From Macrostomum lignano (lineage: Eukaryota), in NCBI GenBank assembly GCA_002269645.1, contig NIVC01000176.1, positions 62,001 to 126,000 on the forward strand: a DNA stretch of 64,000 nt. Reading direction: 5' to 3'. Under the pieces are notes generated by a model. It was given only the letters and a program-made list of their open reading frames with translations. It was not told the DNA's origin and made no database searches. Positions 18,101 through 31,399 of this stretch are shown here, one piece after another. A program made the position numbers and the translations under genes. Position 1 is the first letter of the stretch. Each line of letters opens with the position of its first letter.

Positions 18101-19044
18101 AAGTATTTTAAGACTCCACTCTAGTTGGTTGCATATTGCTCCAAATTGTTGTATCATTCTAGAAATAAGTACTACTTAGGCCTATCGCAATATATTGTAA
18201 AATTATTTTCATTTTTATCTATGCAACATTAAAGCATTGAAATCATAAACTAAACTAAGCTTTCCCTTTAAAACAATAATAAGTTTTACTCTAAACTATT
18301 AAATTGATTGTTATCTATAGCCAAGACTTTGATAGTAGTTGGCATGGTTTCTGCCAATTGGCATTAAATTATATACTTGCTACATTAAATAGATTGAAAA
18401 AATGCTTTTTTTAAAAAGAAAAATGCTGATGTTTTATTATATTTGTCATAGTATATCATAGCTATATTCATAATAATCGGCCTAGCAAAGCAATAAATAG
18501 GCAAGAGTTTACACTAATTACAATAATTATTGTTAACTAGTTATTTTTATCCTATTGATCTATTTTATCATTTTAATGTAAATTTGTTCGCTTTAGTTTT
18601 TTTTCAATAAAAAATAAAACTAGGCCTAATTGTATGACTATTTCCATATTTGAAGCTATAATTTAAAGTAATTCTAGTGTTGTAGGCATGCTTATATCTA
18701 CTATCTATATTATATAGGTGCATTGTCATTTTGTCTACTGGTAGACAAAACAACTTTCTAAAAAGAAAAAGTAAAATATAGCTATATAGCTTATAAAGCA
18801 TTTTTTATAATGAGATATTGCAAGTCATGCAAAGAGTTATTGTGAGATGTCTTTTTTGTATGTATAATTTTGTTTATTGCAACATTTCAAAGAAGCTTTA
18901 TATTTAATTTAAATATTCATTGAAAAAAGTTTTGTGCTTTAGACAGTTAGGGAATCAGAAAGCAGAGTAGTTTGTAGTTGAACATGATTGTGATTGGCTG
19001 GCTATTGTGATCCTTGGCCTACCCCTATCCAATGATGATAACAC

Positions 19045-19860
19045 TAGAGCCCAACTGGGATAGGAAAAATCTGATTGGATGGGATTGAATTCAAAAAGTT
19101 GGGACTTAGGATTGGTTAGGATTGGGATCAAGGTTTACCATCAGCATCTAGGCTTATTAACTAGGTATATGATAGCTAAGGGTGCATTTATTACTACAAT
19201 ATATAGATAGGCCAGTAGGCACATTTATTAATTCTTATTAGTAGGCCCTATCTAATGTAGGTGATATTACTACTACTATATTAGCCTAAGTTGTAGTTTA
19301 GTATAAGTTGGTACTACTTAAGCATAGAGCCCAGACAAACTCAGGTTTTGGTCAAGTCGAGTACTTGACTAAACCTTGGGAGTTCAAGCTGAGTAGGCTA
19401 TTCAAGTCAAGTTTTGTTGAGCAATTGAGTAGAATGATTCAAATTTGGTAGTTACATGTATAGTGAATTTCAAGTCTCAACCTTGCTCTATTTGACTATT
19501 GTCATATTTTTTGCACAAAACTTTATATTTTTCATTTTGTTGATATTTCTCATAATTATAGATGATCAAATAACACCTTGAGCACAAAATTGTGCTTTTC
19601 AATCACTTTGTTTGAGTAAGTTAATTGATTCATTTACATAAACATATTCTAGGAAATCAAAAGAACCTCAAACTAAATAAACAAATCAATTTGGTATACT
19701 TAAAATGTAAAAACTTTTTATTAATCCCACCTAACTCCTGACACTTATTCCCAACATGGTCAGGAATCTGAAAAAAACACGCAGGTCCCAACCAAGTTGG
19801 GATTGGGATTGGGATCCTGGTTGGGCTTGGGCTTGGGATCGGGATCCCAGTTGGGCTCTA
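19045..19860. mobile_element. Non-autonomous hAT element with perfect 8-bp TSD
   Basis: 17-bp TIR TAGAGCCCAACTGGGAT ... ATCCCAGTTGGGCTCTA; GATAACAC duplicated at 19037-19044 and 19861-19868. Confidence 0.92.
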
Positions 19861-20284
19861 GATAACACATTTGCTGTCCTGTTGCAGAGTTTATTCATAA
19901 TAAACTAAACATTAGTATATAGGTCAAGTCCACATTTGGTTGGGTCTTTTGTGTAATAATATTTTTAGATACAATTGTTCTTTTTTAAAATGATTTTGTT
20001 ATCTTTACTTTAAAGTATTTTAAAGATATACAATCCAGATATTTCTTTTTAATATTATATACATATGAAAACTGATATCATTTTTAATATTTTGTTGGCA
20101 GACAAAATGACTGTCAACTATATTATAGACTGCCATAGTATCCTATTGCCATAGCTATATTTATGGCATAAAACTTAAGCATATATTTTATTATCTTTTT
20201 GAATCGTATAGTTGCTCTAAAAAGAAAATAATTGTTAGTTTTCAAATAAATTTCCACTTTATTGGATACTTTTAGTGGTCCAGA

Positions 20285-21348
20285 ATGTGGATATTTGGCT
20301 ATGGGTCTCTGGTGTGGAAAGCAGATTTTCCATATGAAGAGAAGCTGTATGGCTATGTTCTTGACTATGCCAGAAGATTCTGGCAGTCCAGTCCTGACCA
20401 TAGAGGAACTCCTGATTTGGTAAGTTATTTGAATTTAGTATTTTCTGTTTCATTTTCATTTTCAGTTTGTATCTTCTGCACTGCTTTAATAGATACCAAT
20501 ATATCCCTAATCTCTAACTAGGTATTCATATCTAGAGGATGGGATCTCTAATTAGGGATTTATTATACCTATAGGATGGGATTTCGAATTAGGGATTTAT
20601 ACCTTAAATTATCGTGTCACTAATTAGGCAAATTAATACCTTGAATTGTAGTGTCACTGATTAGGGATAAATACCTTGGATGATTGGATCACTGATTAGG
20701 AATTAATACCTGGATGATTGGATCACTGATTAGGGATAAATACCTTGGATGATTGGATCACTGATTAGGAATTAATACCTGGATGATTGGATCACTAATT
20801 AAGGGATGAATACCTGGATGATTGGATCACTGATTAGGAATTAATACCTGGATGATTGGATCACTAATTAAGGGATGAATGCCTGGAGTATTAAGAAAAT
20901 TAAGCGTGCCTATTTCACCTGGCAGCCGGGCCGCACAGTGACTCTGGTGCCGAGTCCGGGCGAGCGAGTCTGGGGCGCCGCCTACCGGCTGGCAGAGGAC
21001 GAAGTGGCGCGGGTCCGCAGCCACCTGGACGAACGCGAGAAAGCCGGTTACGGAATGCTGCCAATTCAATTCTACCCTGCTGACCGGCCCGGCCAGCCGC
21101 TAGCCGCCAGTGTGTATGTTAATAGCGGCGAGCGGCACTATTTAGGGCCGCAGACTGTGCCAAGCATTGCTGAACGAGTTGCAATCGCTTCAGGAGCCAG
21201 CGGTCCCAATACAGATTATGTGCTGCAACTGGCTGCTGCTATGCGCGATATCGGCGCCCCAGATGCTCTGGACCCTCATCTGGCCGAGGTTGAGGCGGCT
21301 GTGCTGCTTCTGCTGGGCAAGCACAATGGCTCATCGGCAACACGTTGA
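20285..21348 (+). CDS. CHAC2: ChaC glutathione-specific gamma-glutamylcyclotransferase (CHAC2-like), 185 aa
   Basis: Exons 20285-20419 and 20926-21348. [12 protein letters not shown]...[14 protein letters not shown]|PGRTVTL...WGAAYRL...LDEREKAGY...[16 protein letters not shown] matches the ChaC family. Confidence 0.95.
20640..20885. repeat. ~43 bp degenerate tandem repeat in the ChaC intron
   Basis: Repeated ggatgattggatcactgattagg(aatt/gata)aatacct. Confidence 0.9.
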
Positions 21349-21394
21349 ACTAAAATCAGAATGTTGCCTGTCCTTTTTATAAGTCCTAAATTTA

Positions 21395-21955
21395 CGGTCT
21401 GTGTAGTTTAGGGTCTGTGTAGTTTAGGGTCTGTGTAGTTTAGGGTCTGTGTAGTTTAGGGTCTGTGTAGTTTAGGGTCTGTGTAGTTTAGGGTCTGTGA
21501 AGTTTAGGGTCTGTGTAGTTTAGGGTTTGTGTAGTTTAGGGTCTGTGTAGTTTATGGTCTGTGTAGTTTAGGGTCTGTGTAGTTTAGGGTCTGTGTAGTT
21601 TAGGGTCTGTGTAGTTTAGGGTCTGTGTAGTTTAGGGTCTGTGTAGTTTAGGGTCTGTGTAGTTTAGGGTCTGTGTAGTTTAGGGTCTGTGAAGTTTAGG
21701 GTCTGATGTTTAGGGTCTGTGAAGTTTAGGTTTGGAGAAGTTTAGGGTCTGTGAAGTTTAGGTTTGGTGAAGTTTAGGGTCTGTGAAGTTTAGGGTCTGT
21801 GAAGTTTAGGGTCTGTGAAGTTTAGGTTTGGAGAAGTTTAGGGTCTGTGAAGTTTAGGTTTGGTGAAGTTTAGGGTCTGTGAAGTTTAGGGTCTGTGACT
21901 TTAGGGTCTGTGAAGTTTAAGGTCTGTGAAATCTAGGGTTTGTGTAGTTTAGTGT
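21395..21955. repeat. 16 bp minisatellite (agtttagggtctgtgt) containing a TTAGGG core
   Basis: About 34 tandem copies starting ~50 bp after the ChaC stop. Confidence 0.95.
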
Positions 21956-22454
21956 CTAGGGATAAAAAACAATAGGCATTACCTATGCAAAAGTTATTTA
22001 CGCGACACATCAGAGAATAGATTGCAGCCTTAGGCTTTGTAGAATCTTTCTACCTGTGCGATGATTATTGAGCAAATAGGTTTGCTATCTTTTCTCAATT
22101 AAATTTTTTTCTATTTCGTTTTGCTGGTTGCATCTGGTTTTTTTAGTTTTAACAGGACCTGATTGTTGTTTTTGCATTCATATGCAAGTATGTTGAATCA
22201 GAGGCAGCGCTTTCTAGTTGAACGTGCTTGTCTTCTAGTAGCAGAAATGTTTTTCCTGTATTTTCTATGCTTACGACGTCTTTCCTGGACAGAAGAGAGG
22301 TTCGTCTGTCCAAGCAGGGCCTGTTTTTCTCACAATCGGCTGGAAAGTTCAATAGTACAGAAATACACAATTTTTGAGTCGCTATGCATTATTAACTGAG
22401 CCTTTGCTGTTCCTCAGTTTGGATAATTTCGTATTCTATTGCATTGTAGTAATT

Positions 22455-23220
<766 letters not shown>

Positions 23221-23430
23221 TACGTCTCCAAGTATTATAAAACCAGATGGTTTGTTAAAAATTTGGTTTTTATTCATTTTTCGAGAGGTAAAAAATAAAG
23301 TTTCTATTTATGCTCTGTCTATCAAGTGATTGCACTGTCACATAGCTTAGACTATACAACACAAGCAGCATCCAGTCCCAATTGTTTTCAAGCATCGTCA
23401 AAGCAACGCTAAGCAATTAGATTTATTTAG

Positions 23431-26400
23431 ATGGCTAGCACCGGTCCGAATGCTTCAAATTCAAAATCGCCCGCCAGCAACAAATCCAGAGATGTTGAAG
23501 AAGCGAACGACAGCTCTGTTGCTACTTTTAGTAGCGACTCGCGGCATCAGATTCGGTAAGCTTTGTGCTAAAGTGAAATTTATCTGTTGGACAACTCTAT
23601 ACACTTGTGACTGAACATAAGCATAGTTGGGTGGCTAATGTGTGTATTTTGTTTTACTTGAGCTAGGCAAACAAACAGACCTATCGGCGCGTGGTTCTGG
23701 CGCTGTCGCCTTTATCTATTGCTTGTGCTTATGTTTCAATATTATGAGAAATATTTGTCACTATTTTAATAGATTGCCTTTACTGTTAACTGAGCTTCCT
23801 GTGTTGATAAGCTTTTCTAGCTAAACATATGAGTGTATCTGGCTAAGAAGGGTGACAACTTAGTCTGAAAATTTGAGCAGCAGCAACTGAAGATCTGAAA
23901 AGCTTGCCCAGCAACTGAGATTTGGAAGGCTGACCCAGCAACTGAGGATCTGGGAGGCTGGCCCAGCAACTGAGGATCTGGGAGGCTGGCCCAGCAACTG
24001 AGGATTTAGTAGGCTGACCCAGCAACTGAGGATCTGGGAGGCTGGTGGCCCAGCAACAGGATCTGGGAGGCTGGCCCAGCAACTGAGGATCTGGGAGGCT
24101 GGTGGCCCAGCAACTGAGGATCTGGGAGGCTGGCCCAGTTACTGAGGATCTGGGAGGCTGGCCCAGCAGCTACCAAAGCCTACCATATCTTGCTGACAGG
24201 TCCCAGCTGCCAGTGGAGATGAAGCCGCGCACCGGTTTCAGCTTCTGGGAGTTCATGAAGAACTGCATAGGCAAGGAGCTCACTAGGATAGCCATGCCAA
24301 TCAGCTTCAATGAGCCGCTGTCGTTTCTGCAGCGTGTCACCGAATATTTAGAGTACTCGGAGCTGCTGTTCCAAGCGGCGAGGTCAGATGATCCAGTTCA
24401 GAGGCTGGAGGTGAGTGACGTCATCTCTCTATGCGAATATAATCTCAATGGTACACCCACATGCAATTCGCGCCCTCTTGTTAGAATGAATTAATCATTT
24501 TCAAGCTTCCGTAGTTACTACAAAGTTTGATCTGAAAGCTGCATTGCTGTAGGTGTCCTAGAGGTTGTTTTCTATTGCTGGAAAGGGAGAAATAAGGCAT
24601 TAACAACCACTTGCATAAATTCCAAATATGCTTTCCTAACTATCAAACTTCATCCATTGGTTTCTGCGCCAGTACATCGCGGCTCTCGTGGTTTCTGGGG
24701 CCTCATCGAACTGGGACCGATTGAGTAAGCCGTTTAACCCGCTGCAGGGCGAAACCTACGAGCTGGATCGGTAAGCGGTGCGCTTGCTGTTTGTGATTTG
24801 TAAGACATTTCCTCATGTTGGGGCTCGCCACTCCCACACGTCCGTTTCTTGGTCAGTAACTGAGGGACTGGGAAGCTGGTGGCTTAGCAACTGGGGATCT
24901 GGGAGGCTGGTGGCTTAGCAACTGGGGATCTGGGAGGCTGGTGGCTCAGCAACTGGGGATCTGGGAGGCTGGTGGCTCAGCAACTGGGGATCTGGGAGGA
25001 TAGTGGCCCAGCAACTGGGATCTGGGAGGCTAGCCCAGCAACTGGGATCTGGCAGGCTAGCCCAGCAACTAGGGATCTGGCAGGCTAGTGGCTCAGCAAC
25101 TGGGGATCTGAGAGGCTGGCCCAGCAACTGGGGATCTGAGAGGCTGGTGGCCCAGCAACTGGGGATCTGAGAGGCTGGTGGCCCAGCAACTGGGGATCTG
25201 AGAGGCTGGTGGCCCAGCAACTGGGGATCTGAGAGGCTGGTGGCCCAGCAACTGGGGATCTGGGAGGCTGGTGGCCCAGCAACTGGGGATCTGGGAGGCT
25301 GGTGGCCCAGCAACTGGGGACCTGGGAGGCTGTGGTGGCTCAGCAACTGGGGATCTGGGAGGCTGGCCCAGCAACTGGGGATCTGGGAGGCTGTGGTGGC
25401 TCAGCAACTGGGGATCTGGGAGGCTGGCCCAGCAACTGGGGATCTGGGAGGCTGGCCCAGCAACTGGGGATCTGGGAGGCTGGCCCAGCAACTGGGGATC
25501 TGGGAGGCTGGCCCAGCAACTGGGGATCTGGGAGGCTGGCCCAGCAACTGGGGATCTGGGAGGCTGGCCCAGCAACTGGGGATCTGGGAGGCTAGTGACT
25601 CAGCAACTGGGGATCTGGGAGGCTAGTGGCTCAGCAACTGGGGATCTGGGAGGCTGGCCCAGCAACTGGGGATCTGGGAGGCTGGCCCAGCAACTGAGGA
25701 TTCCGGATCCTCAGCAACCATCAGTAGGCTTGGGTGGCTGTATATACGCTTAAAGGTTTAACCTTTAGCCACCGCAAACTCTCCAGCACTCGCGATCTCG
25801 GGTTCCGCGCAGTCTGCGAACAGGTGTCGCACCATCCGCCAACTAGCGCCTACCACGCCGAAGCAGCCGACGGCAGCTGGCTGTTTCACGGCAGCGTGTC
25901 GCCCAAGCTGTCCTTCTGGGGTAAAACTGTCGACGTGGCGCCTAAGGGCGTTGTTACCGTGGAATTCCCAAAGCGGGATGAAGTTTATACTTATCAGAAT
26001 GTGCCGTGCAAGGTTCACAATATCTTATTTGGCAAGCTTTGGGTTGAACATGTAAGTCTGACTTTCATGGTTTAAAACAGTAGCAAGACCAAATAAGAAG
26101 TCGCCTAAGACTCAATTTTAGGCAACTCACGTGATGCGCTCGCTCACGTGATGCGCTCGAGACTCAACAGTCGCCTCTTCGTCGCATTATGAGTCATTTG
26201 AATCGTTAAAGGCAGTAGTATATGTTGCGCGTTGATCAGATTATATATAACCAATTGCATTGCCTTCACAGTGCGGCGATGTGACCATCACAAACCACCG
26301 GACCGGGCACCGGTGCGAGCTCCGGTGGCACCAGTCGTCCTGGTTCAGCTCCGATTATCACCGGATCACCGGCTACATCTACGACGGGAAGGGCCGGAAG

Positions 26401-27320
26401 CAGAAGGCGCTGTACGGCAAATGGGTCGATGCTTTCTATAGGTGCGCGGCCTTTTAAACACTGCTTCTACTGCCAGGGATGTACGTTCAAAAATCGCCCC
26501 TATCCCACCTCAAGAATCGCCCCTATCCCATCTCAAGAATCGCCCCTATCCCACCTCAAGAATCGCCCCTATCCCACCTCAAGAATCGCCCCTATCCCAC
26601 CTCAAGAATCGCCCCTATCCCACCTCAAGAATCGCCCTAATCCCACCTCAAGAATCGCCCCAATCCCACCTCAAGAATCGCCCCACCCCAACCAAACGCA
26701 GCGTGCCCGCCGACGCCTGGGGCCAGTTCAAGCGCGGTGGCCATCGCCGACGACGCCAGGATTCCAAATCCGCCGACGATGACGACGATGATCAGCCGGT
26801 TTCGGCTTCAAGCGGCGGTCCCGACAAAAACGGCGGCGGCGTCGACAAGAGCGGCCTGCGCAGCAGCCAGTCGGACCGGTCACTTGGCTCCGCAGCCAGC
26901 CAGTCCGACTCCGTCAACTCCGCCGACGGCACCGAGGACAACTTCTCGCCAAGCCGCGGTGCCGATACCGACATGCACCTGCCTAGCCAGGTGATGCCGC
27001 TGACTGTTTGTCTGTCTGCCTGCCTGCCTGTCTGTCTGCCTGTCTGTCTGGCTGACTGTCTGTCTGTCTGTCTGTCTGCCTGTCTGTCTGTCTGTCTGTC
27101 TGCCTGTCTGTCTGTCTGTCTGTCTGTCTGCCTGCCTGCCTGTCTGTCTGCCTGTCTGTCTGGCTGGCTGACTGTCTGTCTGTCTGTCTGTCTGCCTATC
27201 TGTCTGTCTGCCTGTCTGTCTGTCTGTCTGTCTGTCTGCCTGTCTGTCTGTCTGTCTGTCTGTCTGTCTGCCTGTCCGTCTGTCTTAGTGTCTGTCTGCC
27301 TGTCCGTCTGTCTGTCTGCC

Positions 27321-27357
<37 letters not shown>

Positions 27358-27456
27358 GCCTGTCTGTCTGTCTGTCTGTCTGTCTGCCTGCCTGTCTGCC
27401 TGCCTGTCTTTCTGTTTGTCTGTCTGCCTGTCTGTCTTTCTGTCTGTCTGTCTGCC

Positions 27457-27513
<57 letters not shown>

Positions 27514-27652
27514 GCCTGTCTGTCTGTCTTCCTGCCTGTCTGTCTGTCTGTCTGTCTGTCTGCCTGTCTGCCTGTCTGTCTTTCTGTCTGTCTGTCTGCC
27601 TGCCTGCCTGTCTGTCTGTCTGTCTGTCTGTCAGTCTATCTGTCTGTCTGCC

Positions 27653-27709
<57 letters not shown>

Positions 27710-28285
27710 GCCTGTCTGTCTGTCTTCCTGCCTGCCTGTCTGTCTGTCTGTCTGTCTGCCTGTCTGTCTTTCTGTCTGTCTGTCTGCCTGCCTGCCTGTC
27801 TGTCTGTCTGTCTGTCTGTCAGTCTATCTGTCTGTCTGTCTGTCTGTTTGTTTGTCTGTCTGTCTCCATCCTGCAGCCTCCCAGTTAAGCCTGGAAGCTC
27901 CATTTTTTGCCAATCGCAGACCTGCCTGTGGCGCCAGCGGCCGCGGCCCGCAGACTGCGAGAAATACTACAATTTCACCGCCTTCGCCATGGCTTTAAAC
28001 GACGACACAGATTCGGAGCTGCTGGCCCGACTGCCGCCGACTGACAGTCGCAGGCGGCCGGACGTGCGCGCGTTGGAGAATGCGGACAGCGAGCTGGCGC
28101 AGTCGGAGAAGGCCCGGCTGGAGGAAAAGCAGCGGCAGGTGTTGAAACTAGCAGGCGGTCTGGAGGCCCGCCGGCTCTGGTTCAAGCAGTGGCGAAATCC
28201 GCACAGCGGAAGCAAAGAAGCCGACTGGCTGTTCTCTGGCGACTACTGGGCCCGGGACTGGACCCGTTGCGAAGATATTTTTTAA
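23431..28285 (+). CDS. OSBPL1/2: Oxysterol-binding protein-related protein, ORD-only (ORP1S/ORP2-like), ~507 aa
   Basis: Exons 23431-23555, 24200-24410, 24673-24770, 25787-26051, 26272-26441, 26702-26990, 27920-28285 with consistent phases. Motifs CIGKELTRIAMPISFNEPLSFLQR, KPFNPLQGETYEL, EQVSHHPP, LPPTDSRRRPDVRALE, EKARLEEKQR. Confidence 0.93.
23880..24170. repeat. 28 bp minisatellite (ggcccagcaactgaggatctgggaggct) in ORP intron 1
   Basis: Tandem copies, degenerate at the 5' edge. Confidence 0.93.
24858..25714. repeat. 28-31 bp minisatellite (same family) in ORP intron 3
   Basis: About 28 copies; ends in a short fold-back CTGAGGATTCCGGATCCTCAG. Confidence 0.95.
26490..26692. repeat. 23 bp minisatellite (cctcaagaatcgcccctatccca) in ORP intron 5
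   Basis: About 9 copies ending just before the acceptor at 26701. Confidence 0.93.
27003..27866. repeat. (CTGT)n microsatellite filling ORP intron 6
   Basis: Degenerate CTGT/CTGC run; source of the CLSV ORFs. Confidence 0.97.
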
Positions 28286-28360
28286 TGGTTGATGCCCGAT
28301 GGTTTGTTAACGGACGTGTGGGTGAGCAGTGTTTCCTGAAACCCTTTAATTTAGCAGTAC

Positions 28361-28556
28361 TACTGATAGTAGTTAAATTAACTACTAGCGGTCATAGATT
28401 ACAATTCGCATGACCGCTTGCGCCTACTGATAGTAGTTAAATTAAACTAATAGCGGTCCTAGATTACGATTCGCATGACCGCTTGCGCCTACTGATAGTA
28501 GTTAAATTTAACTAATAGCGGTCCTAGATTACAATTTGCATGACCGCTTTTGCCTA
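28361..28556. repeat. Three ~64-65 bp tandem units downstream of the ORP stop
   Basis: tactgatagtagttaaatt...gcggtc(a/c)tagattacaattcgcatgaccgc repeats at 28361, 28425 and 28490. Confidence 0.9.
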
Positions 28557-31399
28557 ATAATAGTGCATATTTAAGTAGCAAATTGCATTATTTTTGTCGG
28601 ATGGTATTTTACCAAACGCAATTTTTTTGCTTTCAGTAGTCTACAGTTCGATTTAAACAGTTCTACTTAAATATTATTATATTTGTCAATGCGTTTGTAT
28701 GGTTCGGTGTTTTGGTTAGAGCAAAGCTGGGTTATCCTGAATATTTTTCCTCAAACTGAATTAGTTTTAATCCATCCACATTACTTGCATACCTGTTCGT
28801 CTGTGCTTGATTTCTGGCTCATTTAATCTAGTTCATACTCATTCTCTATTATTATCATTTATTTGCGTTTATTAGTTTTCGAAGCTGTATATTTGTAGCA
28901 TAAAGTTGTATTTGAACTTGAGAGTCATTTGAGCTGCGAGTGGGTCACAATGGTAGCTGATGATTGCATGCATTGAAGAAGCGTTTTTCAACCACTGTGA
29001 TGGCTCCTTTGCTTATAAAATAATGTGGTCCAATCTGTCCTCTCCCGGTCCATCATTGTTTCTTTTGATTTGAAATTTTCAAGAATCCATGATTATATAC
29101 CCTTCTGTATCCATGGTTGCCATGTTCTTTACTTTTGCTGCATGAATAGCTTTTGCTTTACATCAATATACAAATACTTGATGAAGATGCTTATAAATGC
29201 ACCTTCGCGTATAGTTTTCCAGTCATTTGCACAATCAATCAAGTTTTTACATTTCCCATTTGCTTGCGTTTTTTTACATTTTCAAGCGCGATTTCTTCTT
29301 GCTTAATAATAATAGTATTATGGGGACGTTAGTGTCTGTATTTTGTTAACAATGCTTTCTTGCTAGTAACTTTTGGTGCATGTTGCTCGTATTTTTTGGT
29401 AGCTTCAGTCGAATGTACTATTTAGGTGATGAGGACTCAATTGCATGTGTGTTTAAGTTGATGTCACAAAATACTTCAGGCCTCTAATATCAGGTTATGG
29501 ATTGGAGCAAATGTTCTATATCTATATGTGTTTCTGCTTTATTCGCTTTCACCAGAAAGACGCCTCCTTTATGTTAATAATTACCTCCATGAAAATATTG
29601 TGTTATTAGATGTGTTATAATTTATTTATCGTATCGTTTAAATGTATGCTTTAAACGTATTCTCTTTCCTACTTGTTCTATAGTCACGTTCATGATGTAT
29701 TGAATACGTGTATACTTATGCGTAAATTAATATATCGAATAATTAATGCACCGATAATCACTTGCACCACGCGGTTGCTTCGAGATATTATCTGATAAAA
29801 GACTGCATTCATTTCTACTGATTCCTACTTATTTTAGTACGTTCCGTCTCCAGTAAACATTCATTTGGGTGATACTATATTCTACCATCAAGACTGCGTA
29901 GCACGTCTCTGTCGGTGGTTGACTATTCTACACTGGCAAGGAAATTATACCTTATATTTTTCATGTGGGAACAATGAACTATAAGCATGTATGTACATGT
30001 ATGTAGTACGTACGTCAAAATTCAATAATTAATATATGCTCATTTGAAGGTATTAAAATTCACGAATGATATGCGGCTGTCTCAGAAGGATCACGTCAAA
30101 GGTTCATCTTCACTTGATTCATGAGCGTACATGTACTTTTTGTTAGGTGTAGGGTGGTGTGTAACCATTACATGTACTTAATTAACAATATCAAAGATAT
30201 ACATGCACCAATGTGGAGTTTTATTTAATTATTGCATTGTAATGTTAAGTATGCTGAAATTCAATCAAGCAGACCCGAGTGTTAATTGAGTTCAGAACGC
30301 AAAGTAATAATTTTATTTAAAAAATGCATTGCATTTATTTCTTACGTGTCCAACAAAAATAGTCGACTGTATGCACATGTTTTAAAGTTAAAGTTTCAAA
30401 GTTGTTCCATGAAAGTTTTTTAATTATGAAAAGGTATTGTCCATGGAACGAGGCAGTGGGATGTTTTGATTTCAGCAAATCGCTTCATTTTAGGAGGCTA
30501 AAAGCGCTGTGGAATTCGATGAAAATTTACTTTTTCCATGAACTCAAATGTAAGTTCACCGGTCAAAAGTTTTCATAGTGGTTTATAGCTCGTATATGTA
30601 ATAAGTTAACACGCTAGGATGCTGGAATGCTGCTGATGACCGAAGCTGATATGACAGAACAAAGTTAAACGCTTTAAAACAGACTTAGATAAAAGCAATA
30701 ATACTTAACGCAATCTCTTTCTAGGAACAACAGCACGCTGCCACTAATTCAAAAGGGTTATTTCCAAGATTTAAAAAAATTCGAGTGTCTATAGTGGTAA
30801 AAACGTACTGGTATATTACGAGAAAACCCTTTTCGGTCTTATATAGTTTTGCATATACTATCACTTAATAGTATTATTTTTTTCATATTCGATGGAATGG
30901 ACTTTCCATATAGCCATTAGCATTACATGTATGCTTAATGTTTCCTGTGTTGTGAAGGCCAACATGTTTTTACAAAAACATTGCTTGCTTTAAATGCAGA
31001 ATGAAAGGAATTACTTTTTCAAATGAATACAATAATAATTTGAATTCTATCTAAAAGTAATCTAAAATTAATCTACTTTAATCTAATCTATCTAATCTAA
31101 TTTAATCTAATCTAAAAGTAAAAGAGTTCTATCTAAAACCATAGAAGTTAAAACATTTATTTGGCCTAAATCCAAGGAAATAACTATTTTAGGTTCTTAT
31201 ATAGGCCTAGGCTTATTGATCTTGATCTTGGGATTCATGGCTTTGTAATTGTAGATTATTTCTATATATATATATCGCTATATATATAATATAGCGATGC
31301 AAAGAGTAGCATAGAAAAAAGAAAAACTAGCTAGACTTTGTGCAGATCCATTTGTAGAACAACCAAGAGGGGCAAGTCATGGCAGACTGGGGGCTGAGC

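Noticed and set aside
26442-27998. 518-aa ORF
   Set aside because: Only 26702-26990 is a real ORP exon; the rest is intronic minisatellite and (CTGT)n.
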